From contig DASRSW010000070.1 of the NCBI GenBank assembly GCA_035656275.1, positions 3,026 through 67,025 on the forward strand: a stretch of DNA of 64,000 bases, written 5' to 3'. Shown piece by piece: positions 1-9,532 of this stretch. Every line of letters begins with the position of its first letter. Positions within the stretch are counted from its first letter, which is position 1. This DNA is from Thermoplasmata archaeon (GTDB lineage Archaea > Thermoplasmatota > Thermoplasmata > Lutacidiplasmatales > UBA184). The notes below the pieces were generated by a model that saw nothing but the letters and a program-made list of their open reading frames with translations, searched no databases and was not told where the DNA came from. The translations under genes and the position numbers were made by a program.

Positions 1-33
1 GCTCGCCACCTCGGCCCGGTCGGGGGGGTCCGG

Positions 34-918
34 GTGGCTAGCGCCGGGCTTGGGGGGACCGGCCCCCTTCCGGAGACCCCACGTTCCGGCGAGTGGAATC
101 CGGCGCGGCGAGCTTGGATCCGGCGGACCCTCGTCCGGGCCGCCCTGGGGGCGCTGGGTACCATCGGAGCCTTGGGGTTCGTCTTCTGGCTGGGCACCCG
201 GGGGGTGTACAATCTGCCGTACGTCCTCAGCATCATCCCGTCGCTGCTCTCCGGTTTCTATCTCACTTTAGAGATCCTCGGCGTGGTCGTCCCGCTGGGG
301 TTTGCGCTGGGATTCCTCCTGGGGTGGGCGCGAACGAGCCGTTCGGCGGTCCTGCGGGCGATCGCCGGACTCTATGTGGACTTCTTTCGCAGTATGCCAC
401 CGATCGTCCTCATCGCGTTCGCGTTCCTGATCGGCCTCGTGGCGATGCGAGGAACGGTGGCCAACCCGTTTCTTGTCCACTCGATCGCGCTCTGGCTCGG
501 GGTAACCGCGCTGGCCCTCCATACGGCCGCCTACCAGGCCGAGATTGTGCGGGCCGGGATTCAATCCGTACCCGCCGGCCAGACCGAGGCCGCCGATGCG
601 CTGGGGCTCACACGCGCACGGACCATGTTCCGGGTAGTGCTCCCGCAGGCGTTCCGGGTGTCCCTGCCGGCGCTCGGTAATGAGTTCTCCTCGGTCATCA
701 AGGACAGTTCCCTCCTCAGTACGATCGGCTGGCTCGAACTGAGTGGAATCGGCCTCGTCCAGGTCTATGCGGGGCTGCTGGTCTCACCGGTCGCCCCGAT
801 CCTCGTGTGGCTCGAGATCGGGGTTCTCTACTTCGTCGTCACCTACGCGCTGAACACCCTGGTCCGGGGCGTCGAGAACACGTTCAAGGTCCCCGGACTG
901 GAGGCGGCCCACCTGTGA
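34..918 (+). CDS. Polar amino-acid ABC transporter, permease subunit
   Basis: 294-aa multi-TM ORF with the His/Glu/Gln/Arg-type permease core ([45 protein letters not shown] loop). Its stop overlaps the next start (GTGA). Confidence 0.85.
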   Translation: MASAGLGGTGPLPETPRSGEWNPARRAWIRRTLVRAALGALGTIGALGFVFWLGTRGVYNLPYVLSIIPSLLSGFYLTLEILGVVVPLGFALGFLLGWARTSRSAVLRAIAGLYVDFFRSMPPIVLIAFAFLIGLVAMRGTVANPFLVHSIALWLGVTALALHTAAYQAEIVRAGIQSVPAGQTEAADALGLTRARTMFRVVLPQAFRVSLPALGNEFSSVIKDSSLLSTIGWLELSGIGLVQVYAGLLVSPVAPILVWLEIGVLYFVVTYALNTLVRGVENTFKVPGLEAAHL

Positions 919-1646
919 CCACGCTCAGCGTTCGTGGGCTCGCGAAGTGGTTCGGTCCTCTGGAGGTGCTGAAGGGGGTCGACCTGGACGTCGAAAAAGG
1001 CGAGGTGCATTGCATCATCGGGCCCTCGGGCTCGGGTAAATCCACGCTCCTGCGATGCACGAACCTTCTGATTCCCCCGGACGCGGGGGAAGTCCTGCTC
1101 AACGGCGCGAGGGTCAATCGTCCCGAGATCCGCCCGGAGTGGGTTCGACAGCAGATCGGAATGGTCTTCCAGTCGTTCCATTTGTTCACGCATCTTACCG
1201 CGCTGCGCAACGTGATGCTGGGGCTGACGGAGGTCAAACACGTCACGCCCGATGCCGCCCGGAAAAAGGCGGTCTTTGAGCTCGAGCGAGTGGGACTCGC
1301 GGATAAGCTGAACGCGTACCCCGCCCAGCTTTCCGGCGGTCAGCAGCAGCGGGTCGCCATCGCGCGCGCATTGGCGATGGATCCCCAGGTACTGCTGTTC
1401 GACGAGCCGACGTCCGCCCTCGACCCCGAGTACATCCACGAGGTCCTGGACGTGATGGGGAGGCTCGCCGACGAGGGCATGACCATGGTCGTCGTTTCGC
1501 ACGAAATGGGGTTCGCCCGGGGCGTCGCCGACCGGGTTCTGTTCTTCGATCAGGGCCGAATCGTGGAGCAGGGGACGCCCGAGGAGATCTTCGACCGGCC
1601 CGGGCACCATCGCACCAAAGCCTTCGTCGGGAAGATACTCCGATGA
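915..1646 (+). CDS. Polar amino-acid ABC transporter, ATP-binding subunit (GlnQ/HisP-like)
   Basis: Walker [13 protein letters not shown] signature [15 protein letters not shown], Walker [12 protein letters not shown]. Start placed at GTG 915 (4-nt overlap with the permease stop), not at the start of the longest ORF (807), whose N-terminal extension is Arg/Gly-rich junk. Confidence 0.9.
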   Translation: MTTLSVRGLAKWFGPLEVLKGVDLDVEKGEVHCIIGPSGSGKSTLLRCTNLLIPPDAGEVLLNGARVNRPEIRPEWVRQQIGMVFQSFHLFTHLTALRNVMLGLTEVKHVTPDAARKKAVFELERVGLADKLNAYPAQLSGGQQQRVAIARALAMDPQVLLFDEPTSALDPEYIHEVLDVMGRLADEGMTMVVVSHEMGFARGVADRVLFFDQGRIVEQGTPEEIFDRPGHHRTKAFVGKILR

Positions 1647-2590
1647 GCTCCGGGGGGTTCGGGCCGGCCGTCCGCGTGTCCCCTAGGGGCCCGACTCGGC
1701 TCGAAATGCTGCGGGCCGCGAGGGGCGTCCTGCACGCGGCCGTCGCCGTCGGGGCGGCCGTCGGAGTGTTTCTCCTCCTGGGATTGCTCGGCGTGTACGA
1801 CCTTCCGTTCATTTTCCGGTACCTTCCGAGCGGCGTCGGGCCGGCCGTCACGTCCCTGGTCCTCACCACCCTCTCCTTCCTGATCGGATTCGCCCTCGCG
1901 CTGCCGCTCGCCGTTGTCCGGGCGTTCCCTCCGCGTGGCATCGGCTCCGGCCGAAGCCGACTCGCCCCGCCATTGTCCTCGACGTCGGCGGCCGGCGCGT
2001 TGCGACTGGGCGTCCGATGGCTCATCTACGGACTAGTCACCGGGTACGTGCAGGCGGTGCGGGGAACGCCCTTCCTCGTCCAGGTCTTCCTCGTCTACTA
2101 CGGGATCATCTTTGCCTTCCCCCGGCTCTCGTTCATCGGTCTCAACGTATCGTTCTGGGCCGGGCTGATCGCGCTCACCATCAACACCACCGGTTATCAG
2201 GCCGAGGCGCTCCGCGGGGGTTTCCAATCCGTCGAGCTTTCCCAGGTAGAGGCCGGCCGGGCGCTCGGGATGACGCGCTTCCAGATCTTTCGCCGGGTCA
2301 CGCTCCCCCAGGGGATTCGCCTGGTCACGCTTCCGCTCACGAACGAGTGGATCAGCAATTTCAAGACGAGCGCGATCCTGAGCTACATCGCGGTCGTCGA
2401 GCTGTTCTTCTGGAGCCGTACGGACATCGCCTACCAGCTCGCGCGGCCGGTCGACGCGTTCGTCATGATCGCGATATTCTACCTCGTGATCAACGTCACG
2501 TTGAGTCGGGTCGTGACCTTCGTCGAGTACCGTCGTCGGATCCCGGGGCTGGGCTCTCCGGTCCTGGAACTCGCGCCACGCCCCGCCTGA
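1643..2590 (+). CDS. Polar amino-acid ABC transporter, second permease subunit
   Basis: 315-aa multi-TM ORF with the permease core [46 protein letters not shown] overlap with the ATPase stop. Confidence 0.85.
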   Translation: MSSGGFGPAVRVSPRGPTRLEMLRAARGVLHAAVAVGAAVGVFLLLGLLGVYDLPFIFRYLPSGVGPAVTSLVLTTLSFLIGFALALPLAVVRAFPPRGIGSGRSRLAPPLSSTSAAGALRLGVRWLIYGLVTGYVQAVRGTPFLVQVFLVYYGIIFAFPRLSFIGLNVSFWAGLIALTINTTGYQAEALRGGFQSVELSQVEAGRALGMTRFQIFRRVTLPQGIRLVTLPLTNEWISNFKTSAILSYIAVVELFFWSRTDIAYQLARPVDAFVMIAIFYLVINVTLSRVVTFVEYRRRIPGLGSPVLELAPRPA

Positions 2591-2725
2591 GGCCCAGGCT
2601 CCCGGCGCGGGTGCCGGGGGCGGGTTCTGGAGGGCACACTCGGTTGACCGCCCGCCTTCCCAACGGGAAAGAAGCCGGTCAACGTTCAATAGGGGCATGC
2701 CCTCCCGAGCGCCTAGAGGCGCTCC

Positions 2726-3742
2726 ATGACCATGGGCCGGCCTCCCATGACGAGGGACCCGCACGCGGCGTCCGTCGCGCTTGTCTTCGCGCTTCTCGTG
2801 GTGGGCCTCGGACTGGCCACCCAAGTCGTGCGCCCCGACGCTCAGCCCGTCAGCGACTCCATCCGCTCCATTCCAGGCCCTGCGTCCCCCTCGCTTCCGG
2901 GAGGCTCCGGGCCGGGCAACGGGAGCTCCGGTGCCTCGGGTGGGCCCGGTGGAGGCACAGGGTCGGGGTCCGGCTCCGGGGGGAACGGGTCGATCGGGAC
3001 AGGGAGCAACGGGAGTAGCTCCGGGACGAACAACAGTACCGGGTCGTCCGGGGGCACGACCTCCGGGGGATCCACCGGAGGGAGCAATTCCACGGGAAAC
3101 GGGACCGGAGAGGGAAACTCCACGGGGTCTTCTGGGAATGCTACGGGCGGGTCCGGAACCTCAGGGGGCTCGGGTGGAGGCTCCGGTAGCCGCACGGGGA
3201 ATGGGGGCGTCTCTACGAAATCCCCCGTGTTGCCTCCCCCGCACGTTCCCCCGCTGGTGTTCCCCCTGGGCGCGCTCGCGGGGGTGGCCCTGATCGTGGT
3301 GAGCGCGATTGCCGCCGGGGCTTGGATGGAGCACCGGGCCGCTCGTTCGGCTCCACTCCCGCGGAGACAGGAGGAGGCAGAGGACTCGGGCCCGCCGAAG
3401 CCTGGCGGGGGCGCGGAGTCGCAAGGGGTGCCCGGCGCGGACGGAGGCGCTTCCGACCCGATGGACGGGCCCCGCCGTCGGATCGTGGCCGACTACGCTC
3501 GCCTTCTCCGCTCCGCCGCTACCCGGAGCCCGGTCGACCTCCGGCCGCTGACCCCCCGCGAAGTCACCCAGGCGGTCGCCCTGGCCATCGGGAGCCGTTT
3601 CGCTTCGCTGCTCGTCGAAACGCAGGTACTGTTCGAAGAAGCGAGATACTCCCCCCATCCGATCCGTGACCTCGACGCCGAACGGTTCGGGCGAGCCGTT
3701 GCCACGTTGCTGCGGGAGCCGGCGCTCAGGACGGGCCGATGA
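2726..3742 (+). CDS. Membrane protein with Gly/Ser/Asn/Thr low-complexity ectodomain and C-terminal DUF4129-like domain
   Basis: N-terminal signal anchor (ASVALVFALLVVGLGLA), about 110 aa of G/S/N/T low complexity with many N-x-S/T sequons, then a second TM. The C-terminal region (LTPREVTQAVA...LFEEARYSPHP) resembles DUF4129, which typically accompanies MoxR/DUF58. Stop overlaps the next start. Confidence 0.6.
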   Translation: MTMGRPPMTRDPHAASVALVFALLVVGLGLATQVVRPDAQPVSDSIRSIPGPASPSLPGGSGPGNGSSGASGGPGGGTGSGSGSGGNGSIGTGSNGSSSGTNNSTGSSGGTTSGGSTGGSNSTGNGTGEGNSTGSSGNATGGSGTSGGSGGGSGSRTGNGGVSTKSPVLPPPHVPPLVFPLGALAGVALIVVSAIAAGAWMEHRAARSAPLPRRQEEAEDSGPPKPGGGAESQGVPGADGGASDPMDGPRRRIVADYARLLRSAATRSPVDLRPLTPREVTQAVALAIGSRFASLLVETQVLFEEARYSPHPIRDLDAERFGRAVATLLREPALRTGR

Positions 3743-4146
3743 GGCTCCTCGCGCGTCTCCTGCTGCTGGCTGGAGTCACCGCCGGGGCAGTGGCGGCCTT
3801 GGCGTCGGCCGAAGCCCTGACCTCCCCGCTGTGGGGAGTCATTGCAGGGGCGGCGGCCGCCCTCCTCACGGCCGCGGCGCTCCTCACGCTGGACCTCCGG
3901 AGGCCGGATCCGGCCCCCGACCCCCCTGGACCCCCCCACCTCCTGCACCGCCTGCGCGAGGCCGAGCTGGGAGACCCTCTCGCCCGTCAGTTCATCCTGG
4001 AGCGACTCGACCATCTGCGGGCCCCGCGGCGTCTCTCGGGTTCCACGCCTCGCCTCAGCGATGACGCGCGACTTTACTCGCTCCCCGCCCAGGAGTTCGT
4101 TCGCCTGGTCGACGCGGTCGTGAGCGAGCAGGAGTCGCGTCCATGA
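3739..4146 (+). CDS. Small membrane protein, hypothetical (MoxR-cluster member)
   Basis: 135-aa ORF with two predicted TM helices at the N-terminus. ATGA-type overlaps with both neighbours indicate translational coupling. Confidence 0.55.
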   Translation: MRLLARLLLLAGVTAGAVAALASAEALTSPLWGVIAGAAAALLTAAALLTLDLRRPDPAPDPPGPPHLLHRLREAELGDPLARQFILERLDHLRAPRRLSGSTPRLSDDARLYSLPAQEFVRLVDAVVSEQESRP

Positions 4147-5093
4147 ACGGGGCGCTCGCCCGCGACCGGATGGAGGCCGTCCTCGGCGCGGTCAAGAGCA
4201 CCATCGTCGGGAAGTCGGGCGCGCTCGACCTCGTCGCCGTCGGGCTCGTGGCCGACGGCCACCTCCTCATCGAGGACCTGCCCGGGCTCGGAAAGACGCT
4301 GATGGCGAAGTCGTTCGCGACCGCCCTCGGCCTCAAATTTGCCCGCATTCAATTCACGGCCGATCTGCTGCCGCACGACATCACGGGCGGCGATGTCTAC
4401 AGCCCCGCGCAGGGCGAGTTCAGCTTCCGGCCGGGCCCGATCTTTGCGAACGTGCTCCTGGCGGACGAGATCAACCGCGCTCCGCCGAAGGTGCAGTCGG
4501 CGCTCCTCGAGGCGATGCAGGAGTACCAGGTGACCAGCGAGCGCTCCACGTATCCTCTCGAGCGACCGTTCCTCGTCCTCGCAACGCAGAACCCGATCGA
4601 GCTCGAAGGAACGTACCCGCTACCCGAAGCGCAGGTCGACCGGTTCCTCCTGCGCGTGACGTTGGGCTACCCGACCCATGCGGAGGAAGCGGCCATCCTC
4701 GAGCGCCGCCGGCAGACGCGGCACGACCTCGCGCCTCCGGCCCCCGTCCTCGGGCCGAGCGAGTTCCGGGAGATCCAGCTCGCGGTGGAGGACGTGGCGA
4801 TCGACCCGGTGCTGGAGGAGTATGCCGTCACGCTCGCGGAGTCGACGCGGAAGGACCCCCGGGTCGAGGTCGGGTCGTCCCCCCGAGGGTCGCTCGCGCT
4901 CGCCAAGCTTGCGCGCGCGCGGGCCCTCTTGCGCGGGAGGGACTTCGTGCTTCCCGACGACGTAAAGGACCTGGCGGCCCCGACGCTCGCCCACCGCCTC
5001 CTCATCAAGGCCGACCCCTGGATCCGGGGTCTCCGCGGGAGCATGGTGGTCCAAGAGATCGTCGAGCGGACCCCGGTTCCGAAGGTCCCCTGA
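4143..5093 (+). CDS. MoxR-family AAA+ ATPase
   Basis: Walker A GLPGLGKT, Walker B and sensor region VLLADEINRAPPKVQSALLEAMQE, ATQNPIELEGTYPLPEAQVDRF. This is the classic AAA_3/MoxR signature. Confidence 0.92.
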   Translation: MNGALARDRMEAVLGAVKSTIVGKSGALDLVAVGLVADGHLLIEDLPGLGKTLMAKSFATALGLKFARIQFTADLLPHDITGGDVYSPAQGEFSFRPGPIFANVLLADEINRAPPKVQSALLEAMQEYQVTSERSTYPLERPFLVLATQNPIELEGTYPLPEAQVDRFLLRVTLGYPTHAEEAAILERRRQTRHDLAPPAPVLGPSEFREIQLAVEDVAIDPVLEEYAVTLAESTRKDPRVEVGSSPRGSLALAKLARARALLRGRDFVLPDDVKDLAAPTLAHRLLIKADPWIRGLRGSMVVQEIVERTPVPKVP

Positions 5094-5094
5094 G

Positions 5095-6390
5095 GTGAGG
5101 CCGGTGGCGCTCCGATGGCGGTCGGCGACCGCGGTCGCCATCGGACTCGGCGGTTCGGCGGTCGTCCTGGGGTTCTTCGCCCGCTCCCCGGCCGCGCTGC
5201 TGTTCGCGGTGCCGCTCTTTCTCGGGCCGCTAGCCGCCTACGGGCTGAGACCAGCGGAGTCTAGCGCGGTCCGCGTCTCGAGCCGACTGGAGGGCAGCCG
5301 CGAGCCGGTCCTCCTCCGGATGGACCTGACCCTCGAGCCCTCTCACCGGGGGTCCCTCGAAACGGCGGTGACGGTCCGCCCCCCGCTGCGTCTCCTGCCT
5401 CCGGGTCCTGTCGAAAGGGTGACCGCCGGAAGCGGTTCTACGGTCGTCCGCTTCCCCCTCACCAGCGCCTGGCCCACCGTGGCCCGCATCGATCCGCCGG
5501 AGGTCGCTTGGAGGGATCCTTTGGGATTCGCCTCCTCCGAGCTCACGGTCCACGGCAGCGGCGCCAGGTACGAACGGCCGCCCGCCGGGGCGCGTCACCT
5601 GGCGACGCTCATGGTCCAGCGCCTGAGCCGCAACGTCGGCGTCCACCGGGCCCCCCTTCCCTCCCCCCAAGGAGAATTCCAAAGCGTGCGCCCCTTCACG
5701 CCAGGCGATGGGTTGCGTCAGATCAACTGGCGCGCCACCGCACGTCAAGCTACGCTGGTGTCCAACTCCTTCCTCGCGGAGGTTCCGCCCGAGATCGTTC
5801 TCGCCCTGGACGTCGGGCCCTGGGGCCTGCCGCCCGAGGATGAGGACGTCGTGCTTGGAGTGATCCGGGCCGCGGCCTATGCGCTGGCCGGACAACTCTC
5901 CCGACTGAAGACCCGGCTCGGGGTCGCCCTCCTCGAACCCTTCCCGCGGTGGGTGGCGCTCGGGACAGGACGGGCGCACCTTCGGGAGATTCAGGAGCTG
6001 ATCAGCGACGCGCGCCCCGGCCCGGAGCGGCCTCCCGTCGAACGCTACGCGTTCTCTCTCCAGAGGGCCTACCCGCCCCGGACCACCGTTCTCCTGTTCA
6101 GTCCGTTCGTCGAGGAGACGATGCTGGCGATCGGCTACCACCTCCGCCGTAGCGGACTCAGCTCCTTCATCATCGCCGCGTCGCCCCTGACGATCGCGCG
6201 CGCCAGGACTTCGGGTACCCCGGAGGCGGTCTCCCTCGGATTTCGGCTGCTCCGGTTGACGCGGGCGCGGGAACTGGGCCACGCCTGGGAGTGGGGACCC
6301 GTCGTCGATTGGGAGGAGCTCTCTTCCCTGGGCGCGCTCACCGCCCTCTTTCGGCGACCCGTAGGTCCCGGGGGGGCCGGCCGTGGCTAG
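5095..6390 (+). CDS. DUF58 domain protein (MoxR partner)
   Basis: 431-aa ORF with N-terminal TM helices and the DUF58 motif FQSVRPFTPGDGLRQINWRATAR. It lies immediately downstream of moxR, as in most MoxR operons. Confidence 0.85.
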   Translation: MRPVALRWRSATAVAIGLGGSAVVLGFFARSPAALLFAVPLFLGPLAAYGLRPAESSAVRVSSRLEGSREPVLLRMDLTLEPSHRGSLETAVTVRPPLRLLPPGPVERVTAGSGSTVVRFPLTSAWPTVARIDPPEVAWRDPLGFASSELTVHGSGARYERPPAGARHLATLMVQRLSRNVGVHRAPLPSPQGEFQSVRPFTPGDGLRQINWRATARQATLVSNSFLAEVPPEIVLALDVGPWGLPPEDEDVVLGVIRAAAYALAGQLSRLKTRLGVALLEPFPRWVALGTGRAHLREIQELISDARPGPERPPVERYAFSLQRAYPPRTTVLLFSPFVEETMLAIGYHLRRSGLSSFIIAASPLTIARARTSGTPEAVSLGFRLLRLTRARELGHAWEWGPVVDWEELSSLGALTALFRRPVGPGGAGRG

Positions 6391-6943
6391 CGCTCCCCTG
6401 CCCCGGGCGGCGGGGAATCGGAGTCGAACGCCGGTCGTCGGTGGCTTCGTCGTGGGGGTGACCGTGCTGCTCGCCGTCGCCGAACTTCTCCTCGGAGGCG
6501 AGTCCACCGTCCTGATGCTGTTCGCGGTCACGGTCGGTGCTCTCGCCAGTCTGGCCTTGGCCCGCGGCCCGGAGGCGGCGCGGGCGGTCTCGGCCCTTCC
6601 GGTCGGCCTCGGCCTGCTGACCGACGTTGTGTTCTCCGCACCCAGTTTTGATGCGATGGTCCTCGGGCTTGGCGCCGGGGCCGTGACGTTGCTTTGGGTC
6701 GGTGTTCCCTTCGTGCTCGATGCTCGAGTTCCAGGCGCCGATGTCGCTCGGGCGTTCGTACTTCCGCTCGTGGGGGGCGTCGCGGCGCTGGTAGCGGCCG
6801 CCGTGCCGCTCATTGACCTCTTCCACCCCGCGGCGCTCGTCATCCCCGTCTTCGCGGGGCTGGGATTGCTGATCGTGCTGCTGGCCGAGCTTTCGCTTCG
6901 CCCATCACCGACCGAAGCGGGGGAGACGGCCAGCGCCCGCTGA
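6383..6943 (+). CDS. Integral membrane protein, hypothetical
   Basis: 186-aa ORF, almost entirely hydrophobic (about 5-6 TM). 8-nt overlap with the DUF58 gene. Confidence 0.55.
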   Translation: MASAPLPRAAGNRSRTPVVGGFVVGVTVLLAVAELLLGGESTVLMLFAVTVGALASLALARGPEAARAVSALPVGLGLLTDVVFSAPSFDAMVLGLGAGAVTLLWVGVPFVLDARVPGADVARAFVLPLVGGVAALVAAAVPLIDLFHPAALVIPVFAGLGLLIVLLAELSLRPSPTEAGETASAR

Positions 6944-6973
6944 CGCGACCCGAGAAGCCACGGGGGCGCCGCC

Positions 6974-7291
6974 TCAGGCCCCCGAAGCGGAAGGGGACGC
7001 CGGTGGGTCCCGGCGGAGCCGGCGTACTCCACCCGCGTCGTCGAACCGGAAGCTAAACCTGGCTGACCGGGTCCCGCTCGAAGCGACCGCTACGCGGCCC
7101 CGTCGATCTCCTTCGATGGAGAGCGCATCCAGTCGGTCCCACCCCGTCGAATCGCGCACGCCCTGGATCAGGTTCTGGAGCTGACGGGCGCAGAGCTCGC
7201 AGCAGAAGAAACAGCGCTCTCCATCGATTTCCGCCCAGTAGTCGCCCCAGGTCGACCCGCAGAGCACGCAGCCGTCAGGTCGGAGCTTCAT
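6974..7291 (-). CDS. Small Cys-rich (putative Zn-binding) protein, possibly Ta0938-like
   Basis: 105-aa ORF with a Cys cluster, CVLCGSTWGDYWAEIDGERCFFCCELC. It overlaps the stop of the upstream heme-oxygenase-like gene by 17 nt. The family assignment is from memory only and is tentative. Confidence 0.5.
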   Translation of the reverse strand: MKLRPDGCVLCGSTWGDYWAEIDGERCFFCCELCARQLQNLIQGVRDSTGWDRLDALSIEGDRRGRVAVASSGTRSARFSFRFDDAGGVRRLRRDPPASPSASGA

Positions 7292-8177
7292 ACTCCTCCG
7301 CTCGTTCGAGCCGCGCCAGTAGGTAATCGTCGAAGAGATCGATGGATCGCAGGAACACCGACTGCACCTCCGCGGTGAGCTCGGGGGTAGCGGCGAATCG
7401 CTCGACGATCGAAAGCGCCTGGTCCGCGTGGCCGACGTCGGCCTCGTACCCCTCGCGCAGGAACGCCCGAACGGGAGGGGGATACTCCTCCGACGTCAGG
7501 ATCGCGGGATCGAAATAGTGGACCGTCGCCCCCTCGTCGACGAGTCCGCGATGGGCGATCAACTCGAGGCCATGCATGGCCGCCATGGCGGCGACCCAGT
7601 GCTGCTCCCGGCAGATCTGATCCCATCCGTCAATGCCCGTACGGGTTCTCGACCTCGGCGGTGTGGCCAGCACGACGGTGCGGGGTAGCCCGAGCGACTC
7701 TCCCATCTCGAGAAGGAGCTCGTAGTGGGCCGGGCTAGTCGTCCCGAAGCCGGCGAACTCGGTGTTGAGGTTGTCGATCTCGTAGCGGACCGCCTCGGGT
7801 TCGTCCGTGCGGGCCATGATGAACGCACAGGAACGGACCCACTGGCGGAGGAAGTGTTGGTGCTCGACCACGTACCCGAGGAGGGTGGCGCGGGTCGGAT
7901 GCTGCATCGCCTCCACGAACGGATGCGGCCGCGGCCCGTAGAAGCGGGCGATGAATCGGCTCTTGATCCAGTGCGCCAGTCCTCCGGGCGCGGTCGAGTA
8001 GAAACCGGACAAGCGTTGGGCCAACTCAGGGGCCGCTTGCTTGTGGGGGGTGACGTTCTGGTTGAGCCAGCGGATGTGACCTGGATCGCTCGCGGCGGCG
8101 CGCTCGACCAGGTGCTCCGCGAGGCCGAGCGCGCCATCGTGGGTAGGACGTAGAAAGCACACCGGGCAGACCGCCAT
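7275..8177 (-). CDS. Heme-oxygenase-like fold, iron-containing redox enzyme family protein (PqqC/TenA/HDO-like)
   Basis: 300-aa all-helical ORF with Glu/His-rich helices (VVEHQHF, EIDNLNTE, LELIAH, EADVGHAD) typical of heme-oxygenase-like di-iron proteins. N-terminal CPVC motif. Confidence 0.55.
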   Translation of the reverse strand: MAVCPVCFLRPTHDGALGLAEHLVERAAASDPGHIRWLNQNVTPHKQAAPELAQRLSGFYSTAPGGLAHWIKSRFIARFYGPRPHPFVEAMQHPTRATLLGYVVEHQHFLRQWVRSCAFIMARTDEPEAVRYEIDNLNTEFAGFGTTSPAHYELLLEMGESLGLPRTVVLATPPRSRTRTGIDGWDQICREQHWVAAMAAMHGLELIAHRGLVDEGATVHYFDPAILTSEEYPPPVRAFLREGYEADVGHADQALSIVERFAATPELTAEVQSVFLRSIDLFDDYLLARLERAEEYEAPT

Positions 8178-8183
8178 GGGAGG

Positions 8184-8399
8184 TCAAACCGGGAATCCGA
8201 GGGGGAATCGTCCGCGCAGGCGACGGTAGTCGGGCTCGGCCGACAGTTCGCGTTTCATGCGTCGGAGGGCCGATATCACGTCGTCGGCGGAACGGTCTCG
8301 GGACTCCGAAACCATCCGGATCGTCTCGTCGAAGCTCGCGTGGCAGGCCGCGTAGCAGTTTCCCATCCCTTCCAGGAGCTCGCGGTCCACCGGGTCCAC
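8184..8399 (-). CDS. Small hypothetical protein
   Basis: 71-aa ORF 6 nt upstream of the heme-oxygenase-like gene on the same strand. The composition looks coding. No recognisable family. Confidence 0.4.
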   Translation of the reverse strand: MDPVDRELLEGMGNCYAACHASFDETIRMVSESRDRSADDVISALRRMKRELSAEPDYRRLRGRFPLGFPV

Positions 8400-8568
8400 G
8401 CGTGTCGATGGGCTTTGCCTCCAAAACGGCTTCGGCCGAACCAGATTCCCCCGCCCACGACGGGATTGAAGAGCCGTCCCCGGTCGGGGCCCCCGCGTGG
8501 CAGCTCCGTTCGGGCGAATGGGCCGTCTCGGGTAGCGCGGTTTAACCTACCTCCGCCATCCGGAGGGC

Positions 8569-9510
8569 GTGTCCGGCCCGTCGCCCGACCGCAGGGCCGT
8601 GGGGGCCGCCGGAGGCGCGGCCGTTCTGTGGGCGACGTACTACCTCTTCATCCTCGCCCTGCCCGCGTCGGAGAACCTCGCGATCATCCTCGTGACCCCC
8701 ATCTTGGGCGGCGCGATCACGCTCGGGGTCGCCTCGGTCGTCGACCGCGTCGGGCTCGCGGAGTGCCGGCGAGCTCTCGTGCATCCCCGCGTGATCGCCT
8801 CCGGTCTCCTGTTCGTCGCGTTTCAGTTCGGGGCGGTGTTGAGCACTCGCTCCGTCGGGGCGGTCAACACTTCCCTCATCGTCCTCGCCTCCGATGTGGC
8901 CGGAACCCCCCTCCTCTTCGCCCTGATTTCGAGGGGAGAGGGCCCTCGATTCCGGCGACCGCGGTTCTGGGCCGGTGTGGGTATCATTGCGTTTGCGGGG
9001 ACGCTGACGATCGTCGCCGGAGGCTCCCCCGAGCCGCTCTCGCTCGCCACGCTCGCGCTCGGGGCCCCGCTCTTCCTCGTGAGCTCGTCCTTCGTCGTCA
9101 TGACCGACTCCGCGACCCGGCGGCTCCCCATGCTCGTCGTTCTGGGGGTGGGCCCGATCCTCGTTTCGGGCCTCGCCGCGGTCGTGGCCGCTTGGGTGGT
9201 CGGGCCGGGGGTCCTCGTGGGTTCCGTTGCCCCCTCCACGGTCGCCATCCTGCTGGGGATGAGCGCGCTGAACTACGCGGCGGCGCCGGCCCTCTTCTTT
9301 TGGTCCGCGCGGCGGATCTCTCTCGTGATTCCCTCGATTCTTCAGGCGGCGATTCCCGTCTTTACCCTCGTCTATGTCGCGTCGTTCGGTTTGCAGCCCG
9401 TGACCGCGATCGGCCTCATCGGAGTTCCCCTCGCCTTCCTGGGAGCCCTCATCGCCGTGCGCACCCCGCCCGCCGGCACGCAGCCCCCGCCGACGCTCCC
9501 ACTCCCGTAG
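8569..9510 (+). CDS. DMT-superfamily-like (EamA-like) membrane permease
   Basis: 313-aa ORF with about 10 TM helices in two similar halves. A TATA-like tttaac lies about 27 nt upstream of GTG 8569, suggesting a leaderless or short-leader mRNA. Confidence 0.5.
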   Translation: MSGPSPDRRAVGAAGGAAVLWATYYLFILALPASENLAIILVTPILGGAITLGVASVVDRVGLAECRRALVHPRVIASGLLFVAFQFGAVLSTRSVGAVNTSLIVLASDVAGTPLLFALISRGEGPRFRRPRFWAGVGIIAFAGTLTIVAGGSPEPLSLATLALGAPLFLVSSSFVVMTDSATRRLPMLVVLGVGPILVSGLAAVVAAWVVGPGVLVGSVAPSTVAILLGMSALNYAAAPALFFWSARRISLVIPSILQAAIPVFTLVYVASFGLQPVTAIGLIGVPLAFLGALIAVRTPPAGTQPPPTLPLP

Positions 9511-9532
9511 GGTGTTGACTGAACCCGCCGGT

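Noticed and set aside
2644-2682. TTGAC ... GTCAA half-sites in the spacer upstream of the DUF4129-like gene
   Set aside because: They are in everted orientation, 29 nt apart, so they do not match the GTCAA-N6-TTGAC architecture. This may be chance.
5230-7032. 600-aa minus-strand ORF
   Set aside because: It is antisense to the DUF58 gene and the following membrane protein gene. It has low-complexity R/G/P/A composition and no domain signature.
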